This document shows positions 29,121 through 37,764 of a stretch of 64,000 nucleotides of DNA, piece by piece. Under the pieces are notes generated by a model. That model worked only from the letters and a program-made list of their open reading frames with translations. It did no database searches and had not been told where the DNA came from. Each line of letters opens with the position of its first letter. The first letter of the stretch is position 1. The translations under genes and the position numbers were made by a program. This DNA comes from a virus, in the IMG/VR virus record IMGVR_UViG_3300049847_000416, positions 1 to 64,000 of that record; one strand, 5' to 3'.

Positions 29121-29560
29121 TAGGGAGTAGGTTGTCCTTTGACCCGGAATCGCATAATCCCGTGTCGGTTGTTGTCGCCGGTGGTCAGCACGTTCTGTGA
29201 CTGCTTGACCATCATGATGGTGCACCAACCGGGCGTTTCCAGTTGGGCTTCTTGCCGATGCAACAGCAAGTGAATTCTATCGCAGATCGTAAGAACTTCT
29301 TTCGAGCCACGATAGTTGGAAAATACTTCGATGAGCAAGAAGGTATCGCTGCCAGTCCGGTTCAACGTGTCCTTCATCCGCTCATCTGTTTCTCCGATGA
29401 TGACGTAGGGCATCTTTGCTGACGCCCCATGATTCGTTTCTACTAGCCCGTCGTGGATCCCACCCGGACACATAGCCCGAAGCGTAGAATCCTGAGACAG
29501 GCGTTTGTACACGCCAGTCAACAGCGGGAGAATGAACGAACCACCCAGAACAATATCCAT
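29120..29560 (-). CDS. tail terminator (DUF3168 / SPP1 gp17-like)
   Basis: YKRL..D..L...IHD...PYVIIG...GSKEV..I...I..LLH...HG. Confidence 0.82.
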   Translation of the reverse strand: MDIVLGGSFILPLLTGVYKRLSQDSTLRAMCPGGIHDGLVETNHGASAKMPYVIIGETDERMKDTLNRTGSDTFLLIEVFSNYRGSKEVLTICDRIHLLLHRQEAQLETPGWCTIMMVKQSQNVLTTGDNNRHGIMRFRVKGQPTP

Positions 29561-30153
29561 TAGCGACCTCCCCGCTGTTCCACGTATGCCAGAAAATTTC
29601 TCAACGCCGCTTCGTACTTCGGTTTGACGGTCTTAAGGGCTGGCACCAAATATGGGCGGGCCTCAATGCCGTTGCGGGCGATCTCTCGCGCGATCAAGTA
29701 CGCAATCTGCTGCGTCGTCTGGGATCCGTCCCCCATGCCTTTACGGCGTACCCAAGCTTCAATGATGTCGAGTGGCGGCATCCCACCTGATCCTGTGTGG
29801 TGTTCATACACCTCAGGAACGTCTTCCGCTGTAGCCCGGCCTTTGGGGCCAGTGCCCCATTCCAAATACGCCGCATGATCCGCGTTGGAAACGACGTGCC
29901 AAGAAACACCGTCGGCATCGTCTCGGACTTGAATCCCCGCGAGCAGGCGTCCTTGGTCCACAGGGGCAGACAAACCACGTGGACCATCCAGGATGTTCGC
30001 TCGCGCTTGCGCTGCCAAGTCCAAAGCGTACATGTGCGTGAGCTTGCTGGCACCCTCTTTAACGAGCTTCGTGGTGCGTAAGGACTTGTCCTGAAAGTCC
30101 GCGATGTTCTTCAGTTCAAAAGAAACCTGGAGCACTTTAGGAGAGCCCCGCAA
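29560..30153 (-). CDS. HK97 gp10-like neck/tail completion protein
   Basis: APVDQGRL..GI, HAAYLEWGT and ARPYLVPA motifs. Confidence 0.85.
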   Translation of the reverse strand: MRGSPKVLQVSFELKNIADFQDKSLRTTKLVKEGASKLTHMYALDLAAQARANILDGPRGLSAPVDQGRLLAGIQVRDDADGVSWHVVSNADHAAYLEWGTGPKGRATAEDVPEVYEHHTGSGGMPPLDIIEAWVRRKGMGDGSQTTQQIAYLIAREIARNGIEARPYLVPALKTVKPKYEAALRNFLAYVEQRGGR

Positions 30154-30529
30154 AATTGTGGGTGTCGAGGTCTTTGCGGACCCGCGTTTCTACGATCACC
30201 CGGCGCTTCTCTAAGCTCTGTTGCCGGATGCCTTCAATGGCAAATACAATCAATTGTTGTCGCGTCTGGAATACGATGACGTGCTCAGACTTGAGACGCG
30301 GATTGTACAAGATGTCCCACTGTGCGTAGGACTCTTGCAGATTCGCCTGCCGGGTTTCAATAGTCTCGAAACTGTCATTCCAGATGAGTGCGCCGTACCC
30401 TGAGTAAACGGGGGTCCAGGTGATGCCACCGCCGCCGAGTTCGTCAGGAACGCGAGTCTCTTCGTAGACCGTAAATTTGTGGCGACGTAAGCCCGCGCAC
30501 GTGGTGATGTCTTGTCTGGGGTAGGCCAT
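30137..30529 (-). CDS. head closure / head-tail adaptor (SPP1 gp16-like)
   Basis: LRRH......DELGG....W; position in the neck module. Confidence 0.75.
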   Translation of the reverse strand: MAYPRQDITTCAGLRRHKFTVYEETRVPDELGGGGITWTPVYSGYGALIWNDSFETIETRQANLQESYAQWDILYNPRLKSEHVIVFQTRQQLIVFAIEGIRQQSLEKRRVIVETRVRKDLDTHNFAGLS

Positions 30530-31266
30530 TACACCAGCCCATCCAAACGCATACCACCACGCGGCCCCAACAGGAGCGAGATGATGTTGGGCGTCAAATC
30601 GCTCAGCTTAGCTTCCGCCTGATACTTGGTAGGAATCGCCTTGTCACCCTCGCGTGACTCGAACAAAAAGCCCATCAGGTTGTAGGCAGCCATGCGGTCG
30701 AGTGGATTCACCTGACTCTGCGCTAAAGCGATGTCGGGCGCAGTCGGCACCAGGGGATAATCCACGTCCCCGCTGTTGTATGTGGCTACAAGGCCCGAGG
30801 TAGCCCGAAGTGGAGCCGGCGGAGTGTTGACAATCTGAATCGTGCCACGATCCGCAATGTAGTACTCGGTGGGAGCCAGCGTCACCAAGGTCGTGGGATC
30901 GCCCGCTAGGTAATAGCCGACCGTGAGTTGCGGGTTGCTCTCCATGATGGGATAAACCACTCGGATACAACTTCCCTCGAACCGGTTGCTCGTCATCTGC
31001 CAGCGACTCCGTAACATGGGTTCAGCCGTGTAGTGCTCGATGAACTCCACTACAGTTGCGATGATCTCCAGGGCGTGCTTGTCGTCGTCTGTGATCTCAG
31101 GACCCACCGGGGTGTCTGTGCGGAGATGGCTGGCGAAGTCCTGCAATGTGAACGGCAGGAAGGGCGCTGGAACAATCCGCTTGTGCTTGCGGTTTACCGG
31201 ACTGGGCCGGTTGTGCAGGGGCGCATTGAAAAACTCGTTGATCTGAGGCGGGAACGTTACAGGCAC
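30529..31266 (-). CDS. head-tail connector (gp6/gp15-like)
   Basis: TL.....HLR.D...DD......IEHYT...LFESRE. Confidence 0.75.
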   Translation of the reverse strand: MPVTFPPQINEFFNAPLHNRPSPVNRKHKRIVPAPFLPFTLQDFASHLRTDTPVGPEITDDDKHALEIIATVVEFIEHYTAEPMLRSRWQMTSNRFEGSCIRVVYPIMESNPQLTVGYYLAGDPTTLVTLAPTEYYIADRGTIQIVNTPPAPLRATSGLVATYNSGDVDYPLVPTAPDIALAQSQVNPLDRMAAYNLMGFLFESREGDKAIPTKYQAEAKLSDLTPNIISLLLGPRGGMRLDGLV

Positions 31267-31271
31267 AATAG

Positions 31272-31279
31272 TAATATCG
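31272..31279 (-). promoter_or_regulatory. putative late promoter CGATATTA
   Basis: 5 nt upstream of GTG 31266. Confidence 0.6.
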
Positions 31280-31286
31280 CCAGCCT

Positions 31287-31324
31287 AAAAAGCAGATGGC
31301 CCCGCTGCTCAAAAGCGGGGCCAT
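31287..31324 (-). terminator. terminator after the capsid operon
   Basis: ATGGCCCCGCT-loop-AGCGGGGCCAT followed by CTGCTTTTT. Confidence 0.75.
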
Positions 31325-31371
31325 ACTGCCGGGAGGAGAACTGAACTTCCTCTAGAGTACCACAGGTCTGC

Positions 31372-31869
31372 TTACGACACAACCGTGGTGGTCGGCTGCG
31401 GCATGTTGCGGGGCTTCGCGAACGCGTAGACCGAGTGCGTGTAGTTCGGCGCACCGGCAGCGGTCAGGTTCAAGCGGACGTACCGCTTAACTCCTGCCCT
31501 GTAGGTGAAGAAGTGCAGCGCATTCGCCACGACGCCGGCGTCGGCGACGAACGGACCTGAACCGTACAGATCGGTGCCCAACGGCATCGGAGTGACGGGC
31601 TGCGGATTGAAGGTCGAGCGATTCTTCGGCGTGACGTACTGCTGGCTGTCCGCTAGCGGGGTCCAGGTGGCGTTGTCATCCGACTCTTCGATGGTGTAGG
31701 TGACCTTGTTAACCGCTGAGAGAGCAGTCACAGTCGGGAAGTGGACCAAAAATTCCACCTTGTCCATCGTGTTAAGCAAATCGATGGAAGGAAGCGCGGC
31801 AGAAGCATTCACGGTAGCGTTAAACGCGACCAAGAAGGGCTTCATGTTGTTGGTGAGATTGTTAACCAT
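31372..31869 (-). CDS. putative capsid decoration protein
   Basis: Directly after the major capsid gene; EESDDNATW...Y.G.KRYVRL. Confidence 0.6.
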   Translation of the reverse strand: MVNNLTNNMKPFLVAFNATVNASAALPSIDLLNTMDKVEFLVHFPTVTALSAVNKVTYTIEESDDNATWTPLADSQQYVTPKNRSTFNPQPVTPMPLGTDLYGSGPFVADAGVVANALHFFTYRAGVKRYVRLNLTAAGAPNYTHSVYAFAKPRNMPQPTTTVVS

Positions 31870-31896
31870 GTCTTGTTTTCCTTTCTGGTCAGCCGA

Positions 31897-33180
31897 TTAC
31901 GCGGAGATGACCAACTTGACCAGAGCTTCCGGCACCATGACAGCGCCGCCGACGCGCTTCCACGCGTAGATGACGGTGACAGCCTGATTCGCCCTGCTAT
32001 AGGGGTCAACCATGAAACGAACGCTCAACTGGTCAACCAGGAGATAACCCACCTTCAGGTTACCGAAGAGAACAGCGGCGTTGCCGTTGGCGACATTCGG
32101 CATCTGCTGGCTGCGCTTATACGGGAAACCCAGAACCATATTCGGTTCTTTTCCCGTATAATCCATATTCCACAGGTACCTCCCTTCCCCGTCCTTGAGG
32201 GTCCGCAACCGACGTGCGGTATCACGAGAGAACATGAAGCTGGCACCGTTCAGGTACATGGACTTCGGAGTCTCCGTGATGGAGATAAACGCGTCTGCCG
32301 AGATGTTGCTCGCATCACCCGAGAGAACAATCGGGATATCGACGTTGTTGAGAATGCCTTCCGGCTTGTTCCCAACGTTCGCGCCGGTCAGGATCTCGAT
32401 GTCTTCGGTCAGCGAGAAGGCCACGCCGATCTCGTTGCGGATGTCGCCGAGAATATCGAACATCGGATTCTGCTGGTCTTCACGCGTGATCTCCGCCTTG
32501 GCCGACAATTCAGCGGTGCGGATGATCTTTGCACCGTACTGCACGGTAGGAGTCTCGGGACGAACGTCGAGTTCGCCAACCCAGGTCGCACCACCGTGAC
32601 GCTGCCGGGTGGGACGGTGAGTCTCCACAGCCATCGTCGAGTACGTGCCGACAAGCGAACGCATGTCCGACAACTCAACCTGATTCAGGTTGATCAGATC
32701 GTTCACGAAATCCACCGGGGTGAAATAGCCACCCGAGGTATCGTTCGCGTTGGTCAAAGCCTTGACAGCTTCGACGCCGAACTCCGCTTCGAGGACGGCT
32801 TGTCTCTCGACGATGTGCTCAGCCTTGTAGCCCTTTCGCACGACGTGATCAAACGCCTTGATCACGGGATTGATGTGCTTTTGGTCGGAGGTATTAGCAC
32901 GCCGGCCAAGCTTGGCCTCAAGCGCCTCCAGCTTCTCGCCGAACTCACGTCCGTACTTGTCGATCAGTTGCTCGTTGTTCGCTTTCAGCTTCTCGTCCAG
33001 CTTGTCAGTGGTAAGAACTTTGTCGAACTTCGACTCGTGGGCGTCGATCACTGCGTTCATCTTGGTGATCTTTTCCAACGTATCGGACGACGCGGCGCGA
33101 TTGTTTTTCGTCGCTTCCTCGACCGAGGAGCGAAGCGCTGCTACGCCACTCGCGAGGTCGTCAATGGTCTTGCTATCCAT
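31897..33180 (-). CDS. HK97-family major capsid protein
   Basis: AGGAG RBS before ATG 33180; coiled-coil delta domain; GGY..P; ATWVGE; KPEGIL; LKDGEGRYLW; KRVGG. Confidence 0.95.
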   Translation of the reverse strand: MDSKTIDDLASGVAALRSSVEEATKNNRAASSDTLEKITKMNAVIDAHESKFDKVLTTDKLDEKLKANNEQLIDKYGREFGEKLEALEAKLGRRANTSDQKHINPVIKAFDHVVRKGYKAEHIVERQAVLEAEFGVEAVKALTNANDTSGGYFTPVDFVNDLINLNQVELSDMRSLVGTYSTMAVETHRPTRQRHGGATWVGELDVRPETPTVQYGAKIIRTAELSAKAEITREDQQNPMFDILGDIRNEIGVAFSLTEDIEILTGANVGNKPEGILNNVDIPIVLSGDASNISADAFISITETPKSMYLNGASFMFSRDTARRLRTLKDGEGRYLWNMDYTGKEPNMVLGFPYKRSQQMPNVANGNAAVLFGNLKVGYLLVDQLSVRFMVDPYSRANQAVTVIYAWKRVGGAVMVPEALVKLVISA

Positions 33181-33290
33181 GATTACTCCTTGAAAATTTT
33201 CGTGAGCACTTGATCTCTCTGTGGAAGTGGAGTAACCCGGCTTCGACAAGCGGCTTCAGCCCGGCTGAAGTGCGATCTGGCTCTACCAAA

Positions 33291-33298
33291 TACTATCG
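33291..33298 (-). promoter_or_regulatory. putative late promoter CGATAGTA
   Basis: Intergenic, upstream of the capsid gene. Confidence 0.6.
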
Positions 33299-33302
33299 AA
33301 GC

Positions 33303-34199
33303 TTACAGAACCGCGATATGCGCCATCACCAAATTGGCTTTGATCGCACTCAGTTTATCCCGCATTTGGGCGTCCGCGTCCAACCCGGTCGCCGGATTCT
33401 CCAGAGTCAGGCCGATTCCTTTCGCATGCGCGGCTAACAGATCCACCAGCGTGGACTTGGCCACAGGGGTAGAAGCGTCTGTGATCAAAGCTGAGTGAAT
33501 GGCTTTGAGCGCCGCCGGCACAACTACCGGTCGGTCATCCACAATGTCCACAAACTGGTAGGCGGGGCCGTCGGTGTCGTCAAATACCAGGGAACCGAAA
33601 CCTCGCATTGAGTCGTGCTTGTTTTGAACCCATTTCTGGTATCGTGCAGTCGCCGCCACTGCGTCCCAGGGAGTGTCCCCCGGAGCAACCGGGAAGTACG
33701 ACGTGTGATTGTTGAGGGATTTCACGGCGTCCATGCGGCATTCCATGTTCGCTGGATCCATAACGACAGAAATTTCTTTGAGGCCACACTCGGTGATGTC
33801 GCGGCAGTCTGCGTCCGCGTTATATTGGTGCTTCACCAACCAAATGCCCACAGAAAAGTCTTTGAGCATGTCAGCCTGACACAGCTTCCGAATTTCTTGG
33901 GCTGCTTCCGTGGGGGCAAATGCGGCAGTAATGTGGAGTCCATGATTGTCTTCGTGGCCCATTTCCACCATGCCAAGGACGGACTGGTGCAAAGCACCAT
34001 ACGTCTGATGATTGTTCACAAGGCGGACCCGCTTTGTTGCCACCCGCTCTTGCAGGGTTTTTGTATATGCGCCCTTGGCGATCCGGTCGCCCGTGAGGTC
34101 AATACTCCAAGTAGAAGCGTAACCAGAGATGTACCCATGCGGGTACTGATCACTGGCCTTTACCTCAAACGCACCGCTTAGAACCTTTTCTTGTTTCAA
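33303..34199 (-). CDS. HK97-type prohead protease with C-terminal extension
   Basis: GYISGYAS...D..GD.I..GA; NH; FSVG; LKEISVV..PAN. Confidence 0.92.
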   Translation of the reverse strand: MKQEKVLSGAFEVKASDQYPHGYISGYASTWSIDLTGDRIAKGAYTKTLQERVATKRVRLVNNHQTYGALHQSVLGMVEMGHEDNHGLHITAAFAPTEAAQEIRKLCQADMLKDFSVGIWLVKHQYNADADCRDITECGLKEISVVMDPANMECRMDAVKSLNNHTSYFPVAPGDTPWDAVAATARYQKWVQNKHDSMRGFGSLVFDDTDGPAYQFVDIVDDRPVVVPAALKAIHSALITDASTPVAKSTLVDLLAAHAKGIGLTLENPATGLDADAQMRDKLSAIKANLVMAHIAVL

Positions 34200-34214
34200 A
34201 TCTTTCCTCTTCTA

Positions 34215-34222
34215 TAGAATCG
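34215..34222 (-). promoter_or_regulatory. putative late promoter CGATTCTA
   Basis: In the 25-bp gap upstream of the protease gene. Confidence 0.6.
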
Positions 34223-34224
34223 TC

Positions 34225-35115
34225 TCAAAGTACTGGGACGATCAAGGTCATTGAACACCGGCAGTTGACCAGTTCCTCATACGGCAAGGCCGGATCTCCC
34301 GGATACTGGCACTCGTATCCACCCACCATGAATGGCTGATCAAATGGAATCCGTTTTTGAGTCACCCCTGCGGTCTCGTGGGTGGGGCGCACCCGGTCGT
34401 CTTCTGTAGCTTTCCAGGTCTTGAGAAGCCCGTTTTGCCGATAGGACAGGGCTGCAATCTCGTACTGTCCTGCCATGCCCGCCGAGTGAATCTGCGTGCG
34501 CACCATTTGCAGTGCGCGAGCACTGCTGAATCCGAAAAACTGTTGGATCTTGAGAACAATCTGCTCTACAGTGAGCTTGGCGATGATGGCAGCCGTGATC
34601 ATCCGTTTCAATTGCAACTGGAGAGACAGCGCTACGCTAGACACAATCTCGGAGGCCTTCGCCCGGAAGCGATTGGCAAACCCGGTAATACTCCAGGGTT
34701 CTTGAGTCGCGGCCTTGCTGTTGTATTGGGTGAACAGCGCTACGAGGGGGCCGACCTCCGTGGACGCATCCCGGAATAGCCGAACCAAGAGAGGTTCCAA
34801 GTGTAGCCTCAGGTGGGTGACTATGACGTGATAAAGATTGTCAGGATTCTTTCTGGTCCGGTAGGCGGTGGCGGTAGCCCGAGCCAGGTCAGCATACACC
34901 CGAATGAAAGCCCGGCCATACTTCCGCTCTATCTGTGCATTGGTCCGCTGGAGATACAACCAACTTTGCGCAAAGCTGAGTTGGCCTTTAGTGACAAGAG
35001 AGCGAGGGAAGTACTCTCGCACGAGGGCAGAGGCGTACGGTCCGCTTTTAGGAGTGGTCAGGCACATTGTCTTCGCAGCCCATTGGGCACGTGGCACTCC
35101 ACACGGGAGTGCCAC
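34225..35115 (-). CDS. minor head protein (SPP1 gp7 / Mu gpF family)
   Basis: RA....RT....A; KTW.AT.DDRVRPTH; YPGDP.....E.VNCRC. Confidence 0.9.
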   Translation of the reverse strand: MALPCGVPRAQWAAKTMCLTTPKSGPYASALVREYFPRSLVTKGQLSFAQSWLYLQRTNAQIERKYGRAFIRVYADLARATATAYRTRKNPDNLYHVIVTHLRLHLEPLLVRLFRDASTEVGPLVALFTQYNSKAATQEPWSITGFANRFRAKASEIVSSVALSLQLQLKRMITAAIIAKLTVEQIVLKIQQFFGFSSARALQMVRTQIHSAGMAGQYEIAALSYRQNGLLKTWKATEDDRVRPTHETAGVTQKRIPFDQPFMVGGYECQYPGDPALPYEELVNCRCSMTLIVPVL

Positions 35116-35142
35116 AGAATGGGCAGTGCTTGTGCGGGGGTT

Positions 35143-35799
35143 TCACCCGCACAGCCAATCTTGGTCTACGAGAACACCAGTGTCCCACTTCCAAGACACA
35201 AAATTGTGGTGCGCCACAATTCCTTTGTGGCTGCACGCCAGGGCGGGACACACGTCTAATCGCTGAGCTTTGGGAAGCGGGACGAGCGGGATATTCCAGC
35301 GCTTCGCGAGCATCTGCACCAACTCTTTGAGGGCTTGTTGCTGCGGTGGGGTGATTGCAGCCCAGAAGTCAAATCCCCGCCATGCCTTCGCCACATACTT
35401 CGTGGGTTCGTCCAGCGAACAATAGACTTTCCCGTACGTGTCCAGGAGTTGCTTGCCCTTCAGCTTCAGCGGTCCTTCACACACGACTTCAATTCCTATG
35501 GACCGTGTGTTAACGGATGTGGGACATACGTCCGTTCCGCCAATGTGCCAAGCCCACCCCTTGGCTGGATCAAAACATTGGTAGACCACGGACACACCTT
35601 TGACAGGTTTGTCTACCAAATAGGGGGTGGCGACTCTCACTTCGTGCCCGTCTTGCTTGTCTGCGACCCAGCCAGCGTATGCGCCGGCTGCTGTGTACCC
35701 AGCGGTGTAGTGCAACAAGATACGGTCATAGGTGGGAGTCCCTACGTGCGCCACCCATTGATTGGGTGCCAGAGAAAATTTCTGAGTGTCCAAAATCAC
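35143..35799 (-). CDS. N-acetylmuramoyl-L-alanine amidase (Amidase_2), probable endolysin
   Basis: ILLHYTAG, AWHIG, NTRSIGIE and IVAH......KWD motifs. Confidence 0.88.
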   Translation of the reverse strand: MILDTQKFSLAPNQWVAHVGTPTYDRILLHYTAGYTAAGAYAGWVADKQDGHEVRVATPYLVDKPVKGVSVVYQCFDPAKGWAWHIGGTDVCPTSVNTRSIGIEVVCEGPLKLKGKQLLDTYGKVYCSLDEPTKYVAKAWRGFDFWAAITPPQQQALKELVQMLAKRWNIPLVPLPKAQRLDVCPALACSHKGIVAHHNFVSWKWDTGVLVDQDWLCG

Positions 35800-37163
35800 G
35801 TTTTCGAGCCCTCTACCAGGTCTTCAGCTTGGGGGTTGTCCCGGCTGTCTGCGGTGCTGTCGGGCTGATTGTTCGGATCCTCGCCACCCAGCACATCCAG
35901 TTCAGGTCCATCAATCGGCTGGACATTACCCATCCACGCCACGTCTCCCCAGGGAACGGGGTCGAAGCCCAGACCAAGCCGCTCATTCACGGCATTGATT
36001 GGCCAACCAGTGCTCACCAAGACCTTGGCCGTGTTGGCTTTGTCCATGAGCGCTTTGCGCATGGCCGTGTTCTTGGTGAGATCATACCGAATCTCGATGT
36101 CGTCACCCCAGTGTGGGGTGAGTGAGTTATTGAAACTCGCCGCGATCCAGTCCAGCATCGGCACCAGCCGGTCTTCCAGGAAGCTCAAACGCGCGGTCTG
36201 GGCATTGGAATAGTTGGGATCAGGAGTTGCGCCGACCAAGATGGCAGGCACTTGACAGATGGCGCAAAGTTCGTGCTTGGCGATCTCTCGGCCCTGCGTG
36301 AATTGCAGATCCGTGTGAGTCATCATCGTCTGCTGCCACTTCAGACCGCCCGTCAAGAGCATGGGGCTGTACAGATTCGCACCCGAGTACTGCTCTCGGA
36401 CCGATTCTTTCAGGTCCTCTCGCTGTTCGGGGGTGACAAACGAATCGGTGTAGAGCACACCGCTAGGCTGGGCGAAATTTTCCAGGAGGGCGGTATTCCA
36501 GGTGTGGGCGGCGTCTTCGTTCTGGATAGCTCGCACTGCCGCCGAGATGGGAGACAGGGACGTATATGGATTCAGGGGATCAGCATACCGCATGTACGAG
36601 ACTTCCTGCGGCGGGAAAGTGACATCAGGAGCCGAGCTAGACTCCATCCCCGATACCAACCGAAATCCCTTGATGAATTGGAGGGGATCGGTCACGACCT
36701 CCACCCAGTCAGGCCGCATGGGCCACAATTCTTTGACTTTGGTCCCACTGCGGGTGGTCTTTTTCTGGTCAGTAACCAGCACCTTCTGTGTGTACGACGC
36801 ACCAGCCAAAAATAACGAATACAACATCACAGAGAACAGGTCCCGCTTAGTCATGTGCGGGTTCGGTTTCTGGATCAAGAGTTCCAGTTCGTGATCTCGG
36901 ATAACCGTGTTCGTGCCCTTGTGGTGCACTTTCCAGTCAGGAGACACTAGCGACGTAGCCCAGTACTCCAGGCACGCACGAATCCACACAATCTGCTTCA
37001 CGCCGTGCTGGATGCTCTGTTGAAACGACAGAGGCGCACCCTGATTGGTGCGGATGCCAAATCCGCTACCAAACCCAGATGTACTACCGTACAACTGGTT
37101 CAGGCTGGCGAGCCACAGGTTCGCCTTACTCCGTCTGGGTTTCAGAAGACTGGTGAGATTCAT
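35796..37163 (-). CDS. HK97-family portal protein
   Basis: L...PNPHMT; LWPMRPD.V; N.AQPSGVL; GGLKWQ; IC.VP..LVG; YSN. Confidence 0.93.
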   Translation of the reverse strand: MNLTSLLKPRRSKANLWLASLNQLYGSTSGFGSGFGIRTNQGAPLSFQQSIQHGVKQIVWIRACLEYWATSLVSPDWKVHHKGTNTVIRDHELELLIQKPNPHMTKRDLFSVMLYSLFLAGASYTQKVLVTDQKKTTRSGTKVKELWPMRPDWVEVVTDPLQFIKGFRLVSGMESSSAPDVTFPPQEVSYMRYADPLNPYTSLSPISAAVRAIQNEDAAHTWNTALLENFAQPSGVLYTDSFVTPEQREDLKESVREQYSGANLYSPMLLTGGLKWQQTMMTHTDLQFTQGREIAKHELCAICQVPAILVGATPDPNYSNAQTARLSFLEDRLVPMLDWIAASFNNSLTPHWGDDIEIRYDLTKNTAMRKALMDKANTAKVLVSTGWPINAVNERLGLGFDPVPWGDVAWMGNVQPIDGPELDVLGGEDPNNQPDSTADSRDNPQAEDLVEGSKT

Positions 37164-37175
37164 TGGTTCACTGTT

Positions 37176-37183
37176 TAAGATCG
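37176..37183 (-). promoter_or_regulatory. putative late promoter CGATCTTA
   Basis: In the 20-bp gap between the sigma and portal genes. Confidence 0.6.
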
Positions 37184-37753
37184 CTACTTTTTCATCCGGC
37201 TGCGTAGGATCATAAGCGCACGGGTATGGGCTTCAGCCGCTTCCGCTTTCGTGATCCCCAATTTTTGGGCGATCTGGCCCATGGGACTATCCTGGAAGTA
37301 CTTGTGATAGATGACCGCGCGTTGAAGGGCAGTCAAGTGGGGCAGGGCATCCCGCAGTTGCTTCTTCAGGACCTGCATGTCGTGTGCTTCTTCCACAGCC
37401 GGGATACCGCCAAGCGTGGGGTCTGCCCGCTGCTGGTGAGGCGCGCCCCAGGGTTCGGTCCGCTTCATGTAGTTCATCTCAACGCGCATCAAGTCGAGAT
37501 ACGCCCCTTTGATGTGGGGGATCAGGAAAGAGGATAACGCGGAAGACTGGTCGTACCGATTGTGCGCTCGCATCACGCGAACTACCGCCGCACTCAGAAA
37601 GTCTTCGAATGTTGACGTGCCCGGATCCGCCGCCTTGAAGCTCTTGCAAGATCGCATGACGTACTGAACGATCATGGGGTAGACCTCGCGGGGCTGGCCG
37701 TCTTTGCCTTTAAGTTCGAGACTGAGGCGTGGGAACTGTTTGTGAGTTCTCAT
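37184..37753 (-). CDS. phage RNA polymerase sigma factor (FliA/WhiG-like, regions 2 and 4)
   Basis: EDFLSAA......A..RYD....SSF....IKGA.LD.MR; LT..QRAVI...YF......IAQKLGIT......HTRAL..LR; AAGGA RBS before ATG 37753. Confidence 0.85.
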   Translation of the reverse strand: MRTHKQFPRLSLELKGKDGQPREVYPMIVQYVMRSCKSFKAADPGTSTFEDFLSAAVVRVMRAHNRYDQSSALSSFLIPHIKGAYLDLMRVEMNYMKRTEPWGAPHQQRADPTLGGIPAVEEAHDMQVLKKQLRDALPHLTALQRAVIYHKYFQDSPMGQIAQKLGITKAEAAEAHTRALMILRSRMKK

Positions 37754-37764
37754 GTATTCCTTTG

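Noticed and set aside
31741-33213. Long plus-strand ORFs (490 aa here; also 17527..18684 and 14456..15355)
   Set aside because: Antisense shadows of well-supported minus-strand genes in GC-rich DNA.
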